From Candidatus Bathyarchaeota archaeon (GTDB taxonomy: Archaea; Thermoproteota; Bathyarchaeia; Bathyarchaeales; Bathycorpusculaceae): 64,000 bases of DNA. Both the position numbers and the translations under genes were made by a program. This document shows, piece by piece, positions 38,780-47,927 of the stretch (within the stretch, counting starts at the first letter, position 1; each line of letters starts with the position of its first letter). The notes below the pieces were generated by a model that saw only the letters and a list, made by a program, of their open reading frames with translations, did no database searches and had not been told where the DNA came from. Location: assembly GCA_963828195.1 (NCBI GenBank), contig CAWHDT010000005.1:1-64000 (forward strand), in the 5' to 3' direction.

Positions 38780-38905
38780 CAAAAAAATGTGTTCTGCAGG
38801 AAAGAGCGTTTATCTATTTGGTATTTGACCAAAAAATTGGTTGACCAAGTATTAATAAACGTGTTTTAAATATATCCCTCGCTAGTTCTATAGTGGCAGA
38901 CTCAT

Positions 38906-40639
38906 TTGAAACAAATTAGCAACGTTGCAGCCGAAGAATTGAACAATCAAATATTGGAGTTTTGTAGGCACGCCGCCGGTTCAGCAAGCGTTACCGCAGT
39001 AACCTACGTTGACAATTACGCAAACAAAACAATCAATGAAAAAACGATAGTTGACGCAATGGTTATCATCAAGAATTTTCAACCCAGAATAATGAGGTAC
39101 ATAAAAACCTTCAATGAACAAACCATCTTTGTCCTCGCGGTGGACCAATGGATTTTCGAGCGGGACATCGAAATAGGCCTCCTCGGAGAAGCCATCGCGA
39201 GCAAACTTATTTTCCCCCATAGTCCCCTTTGCGGAGAAGACTATTTCCAGGGTAAAGAAGTGTCTTTAAAAAAACGTTTGATTTTGGAGTTACTTCAGAA
39301 TTTGGCTTCCAGTTTTCCAGAGCTTACAGAGCGTTTTCAAATTAAACCGCAGTATTTCATGTACGAGGTGCTTCTGAATAGAATCCGCGTTTTCCCTTTA
39401 CTTGCCTACGACGCCGCAGACTTAGTTAACGGTCTTATGTCAAATGAAGATGTAAGCCTGCGCAGCTACATTATAGCTTTAAGGCAGCTTGAAGCTGAAA
39501 AGAAAATTTATTTCTTAAATGGCTACGTGAAAATGTCCAAGCATTTTTTGGTTGAATGCCAAGATCCAAGAATTAAACTGGTTAACCTCTCAAAAAACGC
39601 TCCGCGGACAATTTTTACATCGTTGTTCGGGACTTTTCCACAGTTAATCAATATTGTTTCCCAAAACACTGAGGCTTTTTTGAAGTCTCAAAAGATCAAT
39701 TGGCGAAAAGTTCCTGATTCACCCTACGGACTTATTGATACCCAAAAATACGTTTTCTTCGAAACTTCAGAAGGCTTAGTTTCGTTATCTGACAAAATCG
39801 ACATCAAAGGTTACGTTCAGAGCATGCTTTTGAATGGTCGAAGCGAAGACATCCAGATTGAACCGATCGGCGGCATGCTCAACGACGTTTACCTGATAAA
39901 TGTTCATGGAGACGACGGCGAAAGGAAGGTTATAGCTAAGCGTTTCAAAGATTGGTCGGGGTTCAAATGGTTTCCGTTAACGGTGTGGTCTCTTGGGGCA
40001 AGACCCCTCGCAATTACAGCCCAGGCGCGGCTTGCTAAGGAATGCGCAATTAACGGTTTTTTGTATAGTAAGGGCTTTTTTGTCCCGAAGATTTTGCGAG
40101 TAAGCAATGCCGAGCGCTTAATTTTCATGGAGTTCATTGAGGGCGAGAGCCTCAGCCAAGCTATCAAACGCATAGATGCCTCTTCAGAAAAAGAAACATC
40201 TGGAAACGAACTCAAAACAGAAACATTTGAGAAAGAACTCAAACTGTTAGAAGCTGCCGGCGAGTTGATTGCCAAGGTCCACGCGTACAACGTTGTCTTG
40301 GGAGATACCAAGCCGGAGAATATGCTGGTTAAACCAGACGGCACTATCTACATGATTGATTTTGAGCAGGCTTCTCAGGATGTTGACGGCGATAAAGCGT
40401 GGGATGTCGCTGTGTTTCTGTATTACTCAGGGCATTACCTTCAGCCTCTTTACGGCAAAAGCAAAGCTGAATCGATTGCAAAAGCTTTTATCAACGGGTA
40501 CTTGAAGGCTGGCGGAGACGTCGAAGTCATCCGAAAAGCTGGGGCTCCAAAGTACACCCGTGTCTTCGGCATATTCACAATGTGGAATATCATAACAACC
40601 ATCGCGAACGTCTGCAAAAAAACAGAAGCCCTAAAGTGA
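38906..40639 (+). CDS. Kinase (Bud32/RIO/Kdo-like) with a degenerate nucleotidyltransferase-like N-terminal region
   Basis: IAKRF, FMEFIEG, LGDTKPEN, IDFEQA, WDVA; the N-terminal assignment is tentative. Confidence 0.75.
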   Translation: MKQISNVAAEELNNQILEFCRHAAGSASVTAVTYVDNYANKTINEKTIVDAMVIIKNFQPRIMRYIKTFNEQTIFVLAVDQWIFERDIEIGLLGEAIASKLIFPHSPLCGEDYFQGKEVSLKKRLILELLQNLASSFPELTERFQIKPQYFMYEVLLNRIRVFPLLAYDAADLVNGLMSNEDVSLRSYIIALRQLEAEKKIYFLNGYVKMSKHFLVECQDPRIKLVNLSKNAPRTIFTSLFGTFPQLINIVSQNTEAFLKSQKINWRKVPDSPYGLIDTQKYVFFETSEGLVSLSDKIDIKGYVQSMLLNGRSEDIQIEPIGGMLNDVYLINVHGDDGERKVIAKRFKDWSGFKWFPLTVWSLGARPLAITAQARLAKECAINGFLYSKGFFVPKILRVSNAERLIFMEFIEGESLSQAIKRIDASSEKETSGNELKTETFEKELKLLEAAGELIAKVHAYNVVLGDTKPENMLVKPDGTIYMIDFEQASQDVDGDKAWDVAVFLYYSGHYLQPLYGKSKAESIAKAFINGYLKAGGDVEVIRKAGAPKYTRVFGIFTMWNIITTIANVCKKTEALK

Positions 40640-40645
40640 ATACCC

Positions 40646-41989
40646 ATGGTAAAAGCCCAAACGACACTAACATTCTATGGCGGAGTCAACGAGATCGGCG
40701 GAAACAAAATCCTGCTCCAAGACGGAGACACACGGGTTTTCTTTGATTTCGGCATGTCTTTTACCGCTAAAAAACAGTTTTATTCGCCGCCTTTCCTCTC
40801 GCCTAAAAACGAGCAAAGCCTCCAAGAGCTTGGAATCCTGCCGCAGATCCGCGGAATCTACAGTTTTGACCCCGCTCCGCCTGAAACGGATGCTGTGTTC
40901 CTTTCTCATGGGCATCTGGATCATTCGGCTTATTTGTCGTTTATTAAACGTGAAATTCCCGTGTACTGCGGCGAAACAACCCAAACTATCCTGCGAACGT
41001 TGAGCGACATCCGCCGTGCTGATTTGGAATTCAACGTTGGAGACATCAAATTTAACGTTTTCAGGACTGGTGATAAAATCAAAGTTGACAATTTAGTTGT
41101 TGAGCCGATTCATGTTGACCATTCAATTCCGGGCGCCTACGGCTTTCTGATTCACACTTCAAACGGCACAGTAGTGTACACTGGAGACTTTCGGGATCAC
41201 GGAGCTAAACCCGAGATGACTTATGAGTTTGTGGAGAAAGCCAGGGAGTCTGAGCCTGTTGCGGTCGTGACTGAAGCCACCAACATGACGGGCGCGACGG
41301 TTTCTAACGAAGTGGAAGTTGAGGCGAAACTGGACAGGATTGCGTCACAAGTTGACGGTATCTTGCTTGCGGAATTTGGGTATTCAGATGTTGACCGGCT
41401 CAGCACGTTTTATCGAATGGCTAAGAAGAACAATCGGTGCTTGGCTATTTCGTTCAAACAAGCATATCTGCTGGATGCGCTTCACAAGGACGTGCATTTG
41501 CAGGTTCCCTCGCTGGATGACGAGGGCATAATGATTTTTCGAAAGTCGAAGAAGCGATATGACAAGTGGGAAACCAAGTTGATTGAGCGCTTTGACGGGG
41601 CGGGCAAGATGTTCGATGTGTTCGAGGTTTCGAAGCAGCAGTGCAAGACGGTTTTAGCGGTTAGCTTTTACGATTTTGAAGAACTTAATTCTATTCAGCC
41701 AACGTCGGGAAGCTGCTATGTCCTGTCGGCGTCGGAGCGGTTTAACGAGGAAATGGAAATCGATTACGAACGCTTGGTCAATTGGCTTAGCCATTACGGT
41801 TTGCCGCAGTATCACGTGCACGTTTCGGGGCATATGATGCCGCTACAGCTTAAGGCGGCGCTAAAAAAGATAAATGCCAAACGGATGTTTCCGGTTCACA
41901 CTGAGAACGCTGAGCTGTTTAAGAGGTTTATGGGCGACGCGACGGGTCAAGTGACGCTTGTGGAGAAATCTCGGGAGTACCCGCTTTAG
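40646..41989 (+). CDS. MBL-fold / beta-CASP hydrolase, RNase J-like
   Basis: GGVNEIGGN, SHGHLDH, VDHS, YTGDFR, HVSGH, PVHTE. Confidence 0.9.
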   Translation: MVKAQTTLTFYGGVNEIGGNKILLQDGDTRVFFDFGMSFTAKKQFYSPPFLSPKNEQSLQELGILPQIRGIYSFDPAPPETDAVFLSHGHLDHSAYLSFIKREIPVYCGETTQTILRTLSDIRRADLEFNVGDIKFNVFRTGDKIKVDNLVVEPIHVDHSIPGAYGFLIHTSNGTVVYTGDFRDHGAKPEMTYEFVEKARESEPVAVVTEATNMTGATVSNEVEVEAKLDRIASQVDGILLAEFGYSDVDRLSTFYRMAKKNNRCLAISFKQAYLLDALHKDVHLQVPSLDDEGIMIFRKSKKRYDKWETKLIERFDGAGKMFDVFEVSKQQCKTVLAVSFYDFEELNSIQPTSGSCYVLSASERFNEEMEIDYERLVNWLSHYGLPQYHVHVSGHMMPLQLKAALKKINAKRMFPVHTENAELFKRFMGDATGQVTLVEKSREYPL

Positions 41990-42043
41990 CTTGGTGCGAG
42001 GGTTTATATCTTATTTTAACCGATTATATGTTGTGGCTTTTTT

Positions 42044-42319
42044 ATGAATGAAGAAATCAGTTTTTACAAGGGTCTCTACAAAGTCAAGATAATGACCAAG
42101 AGTGAAGGCTACTGGATGGTTGAGGCGTTGGAGAATTTTGAGGATTGCGAAGAGGGCGCGGGAATCAAGGTTAAAAAAGGTGAACAGCGCATTGTGCCGC
42201 CGGACACTTTGTTTAGTCAGAAAACGTTGCCGCCGATGGTTAAAGAGCACGAGTATGAACTTAACATGGAGAAGAAGCTTAAACGAATGATTTCCGAGGA
42301 TGAAGCTAAAAAAGAATAG
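42044..42319 (+). CDS. Hypothetical protein (paralogues at 43310-43380 and 43438-43629)
   Basis: YKGLYKVKIMTKSEGYWMVEALE recurs at 43438. Confidence 0.75.
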   Translation: MNEEISFYKGLYKVKIMTKSEGYWMVEALENFEDCEEGAGIKVKKGEQRIVPPDTLFSQKTLPPMVKEHEYELNMEKKLKRMISEDEAKKE

Positions 42320-42548
42320 AGCAGATTTTATTGGTTTTATGTAAAAGAAATTATCTTTGTTTTGAGCGTTTAGATATTTCATTACTCAAGCTGTAGGTGG
42401 GGGAGATTTCTCCGCTCCATGCGCAGTCTCGGCGATAAACCATACAGTTCTGACAAATCGTTATAAGATTCAAGTTATTGGATGTCTAAGTTTGTTGAGC
42501 CGCAGTTAGGGCACCGTTTTGGCATAAGTTTCCCCATCCTATCAACGT

Positions 42549-43034
42549 TCACTTGTTTTGTTCCTTGAAGCGTTTGAGAACTTCTGGCGGCACGGGGTTA
42601 ATGTATTTTAAGCCTACTTGATTGCAAAGTTTTTCAAAATCAGTGTCAGTTGTAACAATACTGCCAGCTTTTTCCTGTAATGCAAACGCAAGGTACATGC
42701 AGTCGAAAACATCATGTTTTAAATCTTCAGCCAACCGAAAACCCTGCAGAATCGTTTCCCGACTTAAACCTAGGTAACGAGGCATATCATAAGTGTTCAG
42801 GAAATGCTCAATTGAAGCTCTGCATTCCCTTTCAGGAAGACCCCAGCGCTTTGTCATTATCCAATGTGAACGCATGGGCAAAAAATCCATAATCAACGGA
42901 ATATAGGCGCCTCTCAAACCCTCTTCTACAACCAGCGAAACACATTCAAAGCCAGGATGCCCCTTGACTAGATAAACGGCTAAAATGTTAAGGTCAAAAA
43001 CTCGTTTCTCGAGGACATTGCCATTACTCGCCAA
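42549..43034 (-). CDS. vapC: VapC (PIN) toxin
   Basis: VFDLN, HDVFDCMYLAFA, IVTTDTDF; TTG 43034 follows a GGAGAGG SD. Confidence 0.88.
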   Translation of the reverse strand: MASNGNVLEKRVFDLNILAVYLVKGHPGFECVSLVVEEGLRGAYIPLIMDFLPMRSHWIMTKRWGLPERECRASIEHFLNTYDMPRYLGLSRETILQGFRLAEDLKHDVFDCMYLAFALQEKAGSIVTTDTDFEKLCNQVGLKYINPVPPEVLKRFKEQNK

Positions 43035-43245
43035 ACGTTGCCTCTCCAGAATCCAAAAACGCTTCTTTGCCCCATTTGCGATGGCTACCATCAACACGTA
43101 ACGGCTCTGGAAGAATGGGCTTCAAAACCAAGACACCGTCCGCTCTAACTACATCAAATTCAACTCCAGCCTTCAAGCCGAGCTTTTCACGTTCATCAAG
43201 TGGAATAAGAATCCTGCCCCGCTCATCCATTTTAACTTTACCCAC
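43024..43245 (-). CDS. vapB: AbrB-type VapB antitoxin
   Basis: KMDERGRILIP...REKLGL..G...LVLKP. Confidence 0.88.
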   Translation of the reverse strand: MGKVKMDERGRILIPLDEREKLGLKAGVEFDVVRADGVLVLKPILPEPLRVDGSHRKWGKEAFLDSGEATFGE

Positions 43246-43309
43246 TAATATGCACCCACATTTATAATATAATTATACCCACATAAATATTGCTATTAAA
43301 TGGGCATCG

Positions 43310-43380
43310 GTTGGAGGATTTTGAAAATTGTTCTGAAGGCGAAGGATCACCGTTAAAAAGGGTGAGCAGCGCATTTTGCC
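43310..43380 (+). pseudogene. Internal fragment of the 42044-42319 gene
   Basis: gttggaggattttgaaaattg...gttaaaaagggtgagcagcgcattttgcc aligns with 42127-42198 (1-nt gap). Confidence 0.75.
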
Positions 43381-43437
43381 CTGTATGCAAGCGAGCATTT
43401 ATTTACTTTGTTGCCTACTAGTACATAGCGGATTTTT

Positions 43438-43629
43438 ATGAGCAAACTATGCTACTACAAAGGAGTCTACAAGGTCAAAGTTTTAACTAAAAGCGAAGGC
43501 TACTGGATCATAGAAGCACTCGAAGACCTTCAAGACTACATAAACTACAAAAAAGTCACAATTAAAGCGGGCGAAAAAAGCATTGTTTTGCCGAGCGATT
43601 TGACTGGGAAAAAGCCTCTTCTCCGATGA
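43438..43629 (+). CDS. Shorter paralogue of 42044-42319
   Basis: YKGVYKVKVLTKSEGYWIIEALED...KAGEKSIV.P. Confidence 0.7.
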   Translation: MSKLCYYKGVYKVKVLTKSEGYWIIEALEDLQDYINYKKVTIKAGEKSIVLPSDLTGKKPLLR

Positions 43630-44233
43630 CTCAGGCCCAATAAGTATAAAGAATTTATCGGGAACAAGCATCTTTTTGTGGCTGAATTTTGGCACAAATA
43701 CTAGGTAGGACTATAGGTAGGCGTGGGTTTAGTTAGGGCTCGTTTCAGGTTGTTTTTTTGGTTTAGGGCTTGTTTGAAGGTTTAAGCTGAGGGCGAGGAA
43801 ACGTCAAATATGGCAAAAAGCCTCAGATTTTACTGGGAGAACCTGTTAGGCTCCAAACATGATTCCAAATAGAGAAGATTGCCCATTTCCAAGCCTGTAC
43901 TTTTTCCTTGAGGGTTCCTATAAGTGCATGATCGCATATGAAACGATTGTCACTACGCACAGCGTGATGCATATGGGCGGGCCAGCCTTCCTAGAAAAAA
44001 TCGTCACGTAATACTCCGAAATCTCCCTTTTAAGATCCCGCCATATCCCTCCAAAACAAGATTCAAAACAGAAACCCACTTTAACTTGCCTTCTCCAACA
44101 CAATGGGAAAGTAACTGCCTAATAAATTTCATTCCGCCATTGAAACACCCCGATCAGCATGTCACTTTGGGGGTAACGGTTAGCTGAAGGCTTAAAATCC
44201 AGAGAAACACATTGTAAACTTGGGGTCGTAAAT

Positions 44234-44482
44234 TTGACTAAAGACAGTGAACAAAAACAATTCGCCATCAATCTGGATGACTTAGATTTAGCTAAATTTC
44301 ACCGCGTCGGCACCAAAGTAATGAGTATCCTAAACAAACGAGTAAGCAACCCAGTTGAAGCCTACCTGCTTCTAAAACTATTATGCTACTCGATAGAGGA
44401 TTCTGAAGGCTTCAAGCTGATGCCCGAAGACGAAGAAAAGCTGCGAAAAATGTGCTTAGAGCCGCCAAAAAACGAGCCTTGA
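44234..44482 (+). CDS. Hypothetical protein
   Basis: 82-aa ORF with normal composition. Confidence 0.55.
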   Translation: MTKDSEQKQFAINLDDLDLAKFHRVGTKVMSILNKRVSNPVEAYLLLKLLCYSIEDSEGFKLMPEDEEKLRKMCLEPPKNEP

Positions 44483-44530
44483 CTGCCCGGGTAATCAGCT
44501 GTTTTCGTCGCCATCCTTGTCTACCTGATT

Positions 44531-44728
44531 CTAGGGTTTAATTGGAGGCTTGCCTTGCCCTCGAGCCAGAAAAGCACCCGATAAACCCAAAACAAAACCC
44601 AGCAGCTCCAAAGCCGCAGTGGTGCCGTTATACGGGGCTTTAAAAACAAAAAACTCGATTCCCAAATAGATAAGGGTTGCCGATCCAACCGCAAAAAGAG
44701 CAAAACCCACCAATCTTAAAGGCTTCAT
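44531..44728 (-). CDS. Small two-TM membrane protein
   Basis: Two hydrophobic segments. Confidence 0.5.
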   Translation of the reverse strand: MKPLRLVGFALFAVGSATLIYLGIEFFVFKAPYNGTTAALELLGFVLGLSGAFLARGQGKPPIKP

Positions 44729-44869
44729 GCTGTCACAAACTTTGTATCTGTTTTAACCTAGCTTAAAAAGATTTTTTTGTCCGCTATAAGTTCTGGCGTA
44801 GTTAAGCTTACTTAAAACCATTTTTAAGTAATAAGATGTTCAGATGGGTTGCTGTTATTTTGGGAAAGG

Positions 44870-45472
44870 TCATTGATTCGAGCTAGCGGTTTTTCGATGC
44901 CTAAGTGCCGCCGCAATAAAGAGCGTTGAGAGGAAAAGCGGCAGGATTACTAACCCTGATAGCTCTGGAAGGGCAGGAGTCAGTGCTGTTGTTGCAGGAT
45001 ATACTGGCGAAGTCGTTAGAGAAGGCGATGCAGAAGAAGAAACTGAAGAAGGAGATGAAGGTGGAGAGGTAGTGTCTGGATAAAAGTAGACTGTATAGGT
45101 AACCGTCTGTGGGATAGACCAATTGCCTGCTGTATCATTTGCGTAGAGCGTTAAAGTAGGATGTCCGAAATCGAACTGGTATTCATCTTTTATATATGCG
45201 CTGTTGTCGGTGACGTTTCCAGTGCAAGTTACGTTTGCGCCTCCGTTAATGCTGTATCCAACCCATGAAAGCGTATCGTTGGTTTGGTAGAGCAACTGGA
45301 AGTAGACGCCTTCGATGCTGACGTTGAAAAAAGTTTCGTTTGTAGGGTACAAAATGGAAATGGATGGATTAGCAGCGTTTTGGGCTATTACAGGTTTAAT
45401 GAGTAGACATGGACCTAAGATTGCCAAACACAGAATCAAAAGCAATGCGACAACCCTCGACAATTTATGCAT
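44870..45472 (-). CDS. Exported Ig-like protein with Ser/Pro linker and C-terminal TM
   Basis: ISILYP.N, SWVGYSING, LYANDTAGN; PEL+TM+RHRK sorting-like tail. Confidence 0.8.
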   Translation of the reverse strand: MHKLSRVVALLLILCLAILGPCLLIKPVIAQNAANPSISILYPTNETFFNVSIEGVYFQLLYQTNDTLSWVGYSINGGANVTCTGNVTDNSAYIKDEYQFDFGHPTLTLYANDTAGNWSIPQTVTYTVYFYPDTTSPPSSPSSVSSSASPSLTTSPVYPATTALTPALPELSGLVILPLFLSTLFIAAALRHRKTASSNQ

Positions 45473-45661
45473 ACTCGTATTTCTCCCATTTCAGAGTTAA
45501 ACACTTTACCGTTACCTCGTTTAATCACATAGCGACTCTTTAAACTACTTTTTAGAACACAGAAGCTAAAGTGATTAACAGGGCAGGGCATATGGCTAAA
45601 ATTGCAAATGTTGGACGTCGGAATGGATGCAGTTGAAAAAATTGCTCTATTCCCAAAATTA

Positions 45662-46186
45662 TTACGTTTCTTTCATTCTTTCGGACGTTACCAATAGAGT
45701 GCCTATGAACAGAACCACCAAACCGACAAAGAAAAGTAAGCCACCCAAAACAACAGCCCACAGTATGGCACCAAGTGCATAAGCCAGAAAACCCAAGATT
45801 AAACCTGAAATAAGTATGATGATTCCTGCCAAGAATGTTCTTCCACCTTCAGTATCTTCAAGATACCTCTTTCTGCTTCTGCCAGTCCTGAATCCAAGTC
45901 CGCGGAGAACAAGCCCGAAACCTATAGCCGAAGGAATTCCAACAATAGGTGCAAGTTTTGGGAAAAGAAAGATTAGGTAAACTCCTAAGCCTGTCAAAAG
46001 TATTCCAAGTGTCACATAGCTGATTTGAATACCTTCAGGTTGTTTCGTTGACATAGAGTCGTCTGACGATGTGTAGGTTGGCTTAGGTACTACTGATGTT
46101 GGTTTTAAAGAAGCACCGCATGCTGGACAGGACGTCATGTCCTGAGTTACTTCAGCGTCACAGTTACTGCAATAAATCTTATCCAT
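45662..46186 (-). CDS. Zinc-ribbon membrane protein
   Basis: CSNC...CPACG followed by four TM segments. Confidence 0.8.
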   Translation of the reverse strand: MDKIYCSNCDAEVTQDMTSCPACGASLKPTSVVPKPTYTSSDDSMSTKQPEGIQISYVTLGILLTGLGVYLIFLFPKLAPIVGIPSAIGFGLVLRGLGFRTGRSRKRYLEDTEGGRTFLAGIIILISGLILGFLAYALGAILWAVVLGGLLFFVGLVVLFIGTLLVTSERMKET

Positions 46187-46274
46187 AGGCAGCCATTTCT
46201 AAGTTATTCGGATTTAAGTTTTTGTTCTCTTGCGCTTTTTTGTCATCGTTTGCTGTGGTAAAAGGTCACGGCTG

Positions 46275-46820
46275 TTATGTGTTGGCTGAATTCTCAGCTG
46301 ACGGAGTAACTGCCATTACCAAGGAAGTGCTCGAAAAATATGATACATCGTATTTTTCATGTGCAGAAAGGAAGATAATTTTGCCGAAATTGATTTCTAA
46401 GGAGTAACTTCCTAATGTTGCATTGTTTGCCAAGTGGATTGTAATAGTAGTCGAGTTAGATGTTTCTGGTTGCAGGATAAGTTGGCTGAGGCTAAAAGAG
46501 TAGTTGAAAACTGCTTCTCGGGCAGATGCATTCCAAGGGGAACCCCCATTAAAGCCGTTACTTATGGCGCTCGTGTAGCCCACTATCGTGAGGTTTTCTA
46601 TGGGGATTGCTAATTCTGATGAACAAATCGATGTAAGATTGAGATTGACCTGTTGGGCTGAGCCCTGCGAAGCATTGATATCCGAAATGCTGGAAGTACA
46701 CAAAATTGGGGGTGTACTTACTGGCGTTTTACTTGCTGAGCTGTAACCGAAATACACCACTAAACCAACAATAACTATCGCAATCAGAATTGAAATTATG
46801 TGGTAGTATCTGCGCTTCAT
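46275..46820 (-). CDS. Membrane-anchored exported protein
   Basis: ATG 46820 (MKRRYYH + TM), beta-rich Ser/Asn domain. Confidence 0.7.
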   Translation of the reverse strand: MKRRYYHIISILIAIVIVGLVVYFGYSSASKTPVSTPPILCTSSISDINASQGSAQQVNLNLTSICSSELAIPIENLTIVGYTSAISNGFNGGSPWNASAREAVFNYSFSLSQLILQPETSNSTTITIHLANNATLGSYSLEINFGKIIFLSAHEKYDVSYFSSTSLVMAVTPSAENSANT

Positions 46821-47008
46821 CGTTTTATGCTTCTCTAACTTGGACAGTTGACAATATTCTCTTAACCGATATTTAATGCTACATAATAGAACACTCCTTA
46901 AGTGAGGTGTCCAGAAAACTGGACTCTGCGAAAAATTGTTTCTCAAGAAGTCTACAAAACAGGGATTAAATAGGCTAATGGATATGACAGCTTGAGGGTC
47001 AACCGACA

Positions 47009-47830
47009 ATGGAAGATGAAAAGCAAGTCGAAAATGACAGGCAACGGGCAGAAGTCTTTGACGCTTTGGGGCATCCCACACGCATACAAATCCTGAAAGT
47101 TCTAAGCGAAGGCTCTCTTGGGTTTGCGGATTTGAAGAAGAAAACAGGCTTTGAAAGCAGCGGACATCTGCAACACCACTTAACCAAACTGAACGGGTTG
47201 ATTAAGACCGATGAATATGGCAAATACTGTCTGTCCGATGAAGGGAAAGAGGCCCTGCTGATGGTTAAAACGGTAGAGAACACCTCGCCAAAAGGTGCGG
47301 TGGAAGAGAAACGACATCGAAACTTTAAGGTGGGCTTAAAACCAGTTGTTTTCCTGCTTGCGGCTCTCCTGATTGTAAGCTCGGCAGTAGCGGTATATGA
47401 GTACAATCAAATAAGTTCCAACGGACCTTCGACTGCTAAACTGAGCAATGCAGGGTATTTGTCGGGGTCTAAGCTGTACTTGATTTCGGCGAACGCCAGC
47501 TATGAAACAGTAAATGGCCGGTCGTGTTTAGTGGTTAATGCTACGGTGAGAAATGACTACACTTCGCAAGACCCGCCGCCTATGGATAATTCAGGCATCA
47601 ACAGTACAGGAATGGCGTACTTCGGCTTAACCGCCATACTATACGAAGGAAACAAAGTGATATCTTCGGAAGATGTAACCAGTCCTGGTTCGTCGCCGTT
47701 GGGCGTTCCACAAATCGGGTTAGGAAGCGGCCAGACCACGGTAAACCAGATTGATATTGCAACTTCAACCCACAACGTGGACAGCTATTCAATATATCTA
47801 ATCATGGTTGCAGGATACCCAATCCCATAG
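47009..47830 (+). CDS. Membrane-anchored ArsR-type wHTH regulator with extracellular domain
   Basis: FDALGHPTRIQIL, SSGHLQHHL, GKYCLSDEG; TM at ~aa 110-130. Confidence 0.85.
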   Translation: MEDEKQVENDRQRAEVFDALGHPTRIQILKVLSEGSLGFADLKKKTGFESSGHLQHHLTKLNGLIKTDEYGKYCLSDEGKEALLMVKTVENTSPKGAVEEKRHRNFKVGLKPVVFLLAALLIVSSAVAVYEYNQISSNGPSTAKLSNAGYLSGSKLYLISANASYETVNGRSCLVVNATVRNDYTSQDPPPMDNSGINSTGMAYFGLTAILYEGNKVISSEDVTSPGSSPLGVPQIGLGSGQTTVNQIDIATSTHNVDSYSIYLIMVAGYPIP

Positions 47831-47927
47831 GAAATACGAATGCTCGCTAATGACAACCAAAGATTTTGGTCTTTAGACGGCCATTTCTTGGTTTTGCACT
47901 TATATTGACTTTTTTTAATTGCAGCAT

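Noticed and set aside
43035-43045. AGAGGCAACGT (minus strand) shared with repeat A
   Set aside because: Only 11 nt, inside vapB coding sequence, with no flanking similarity.
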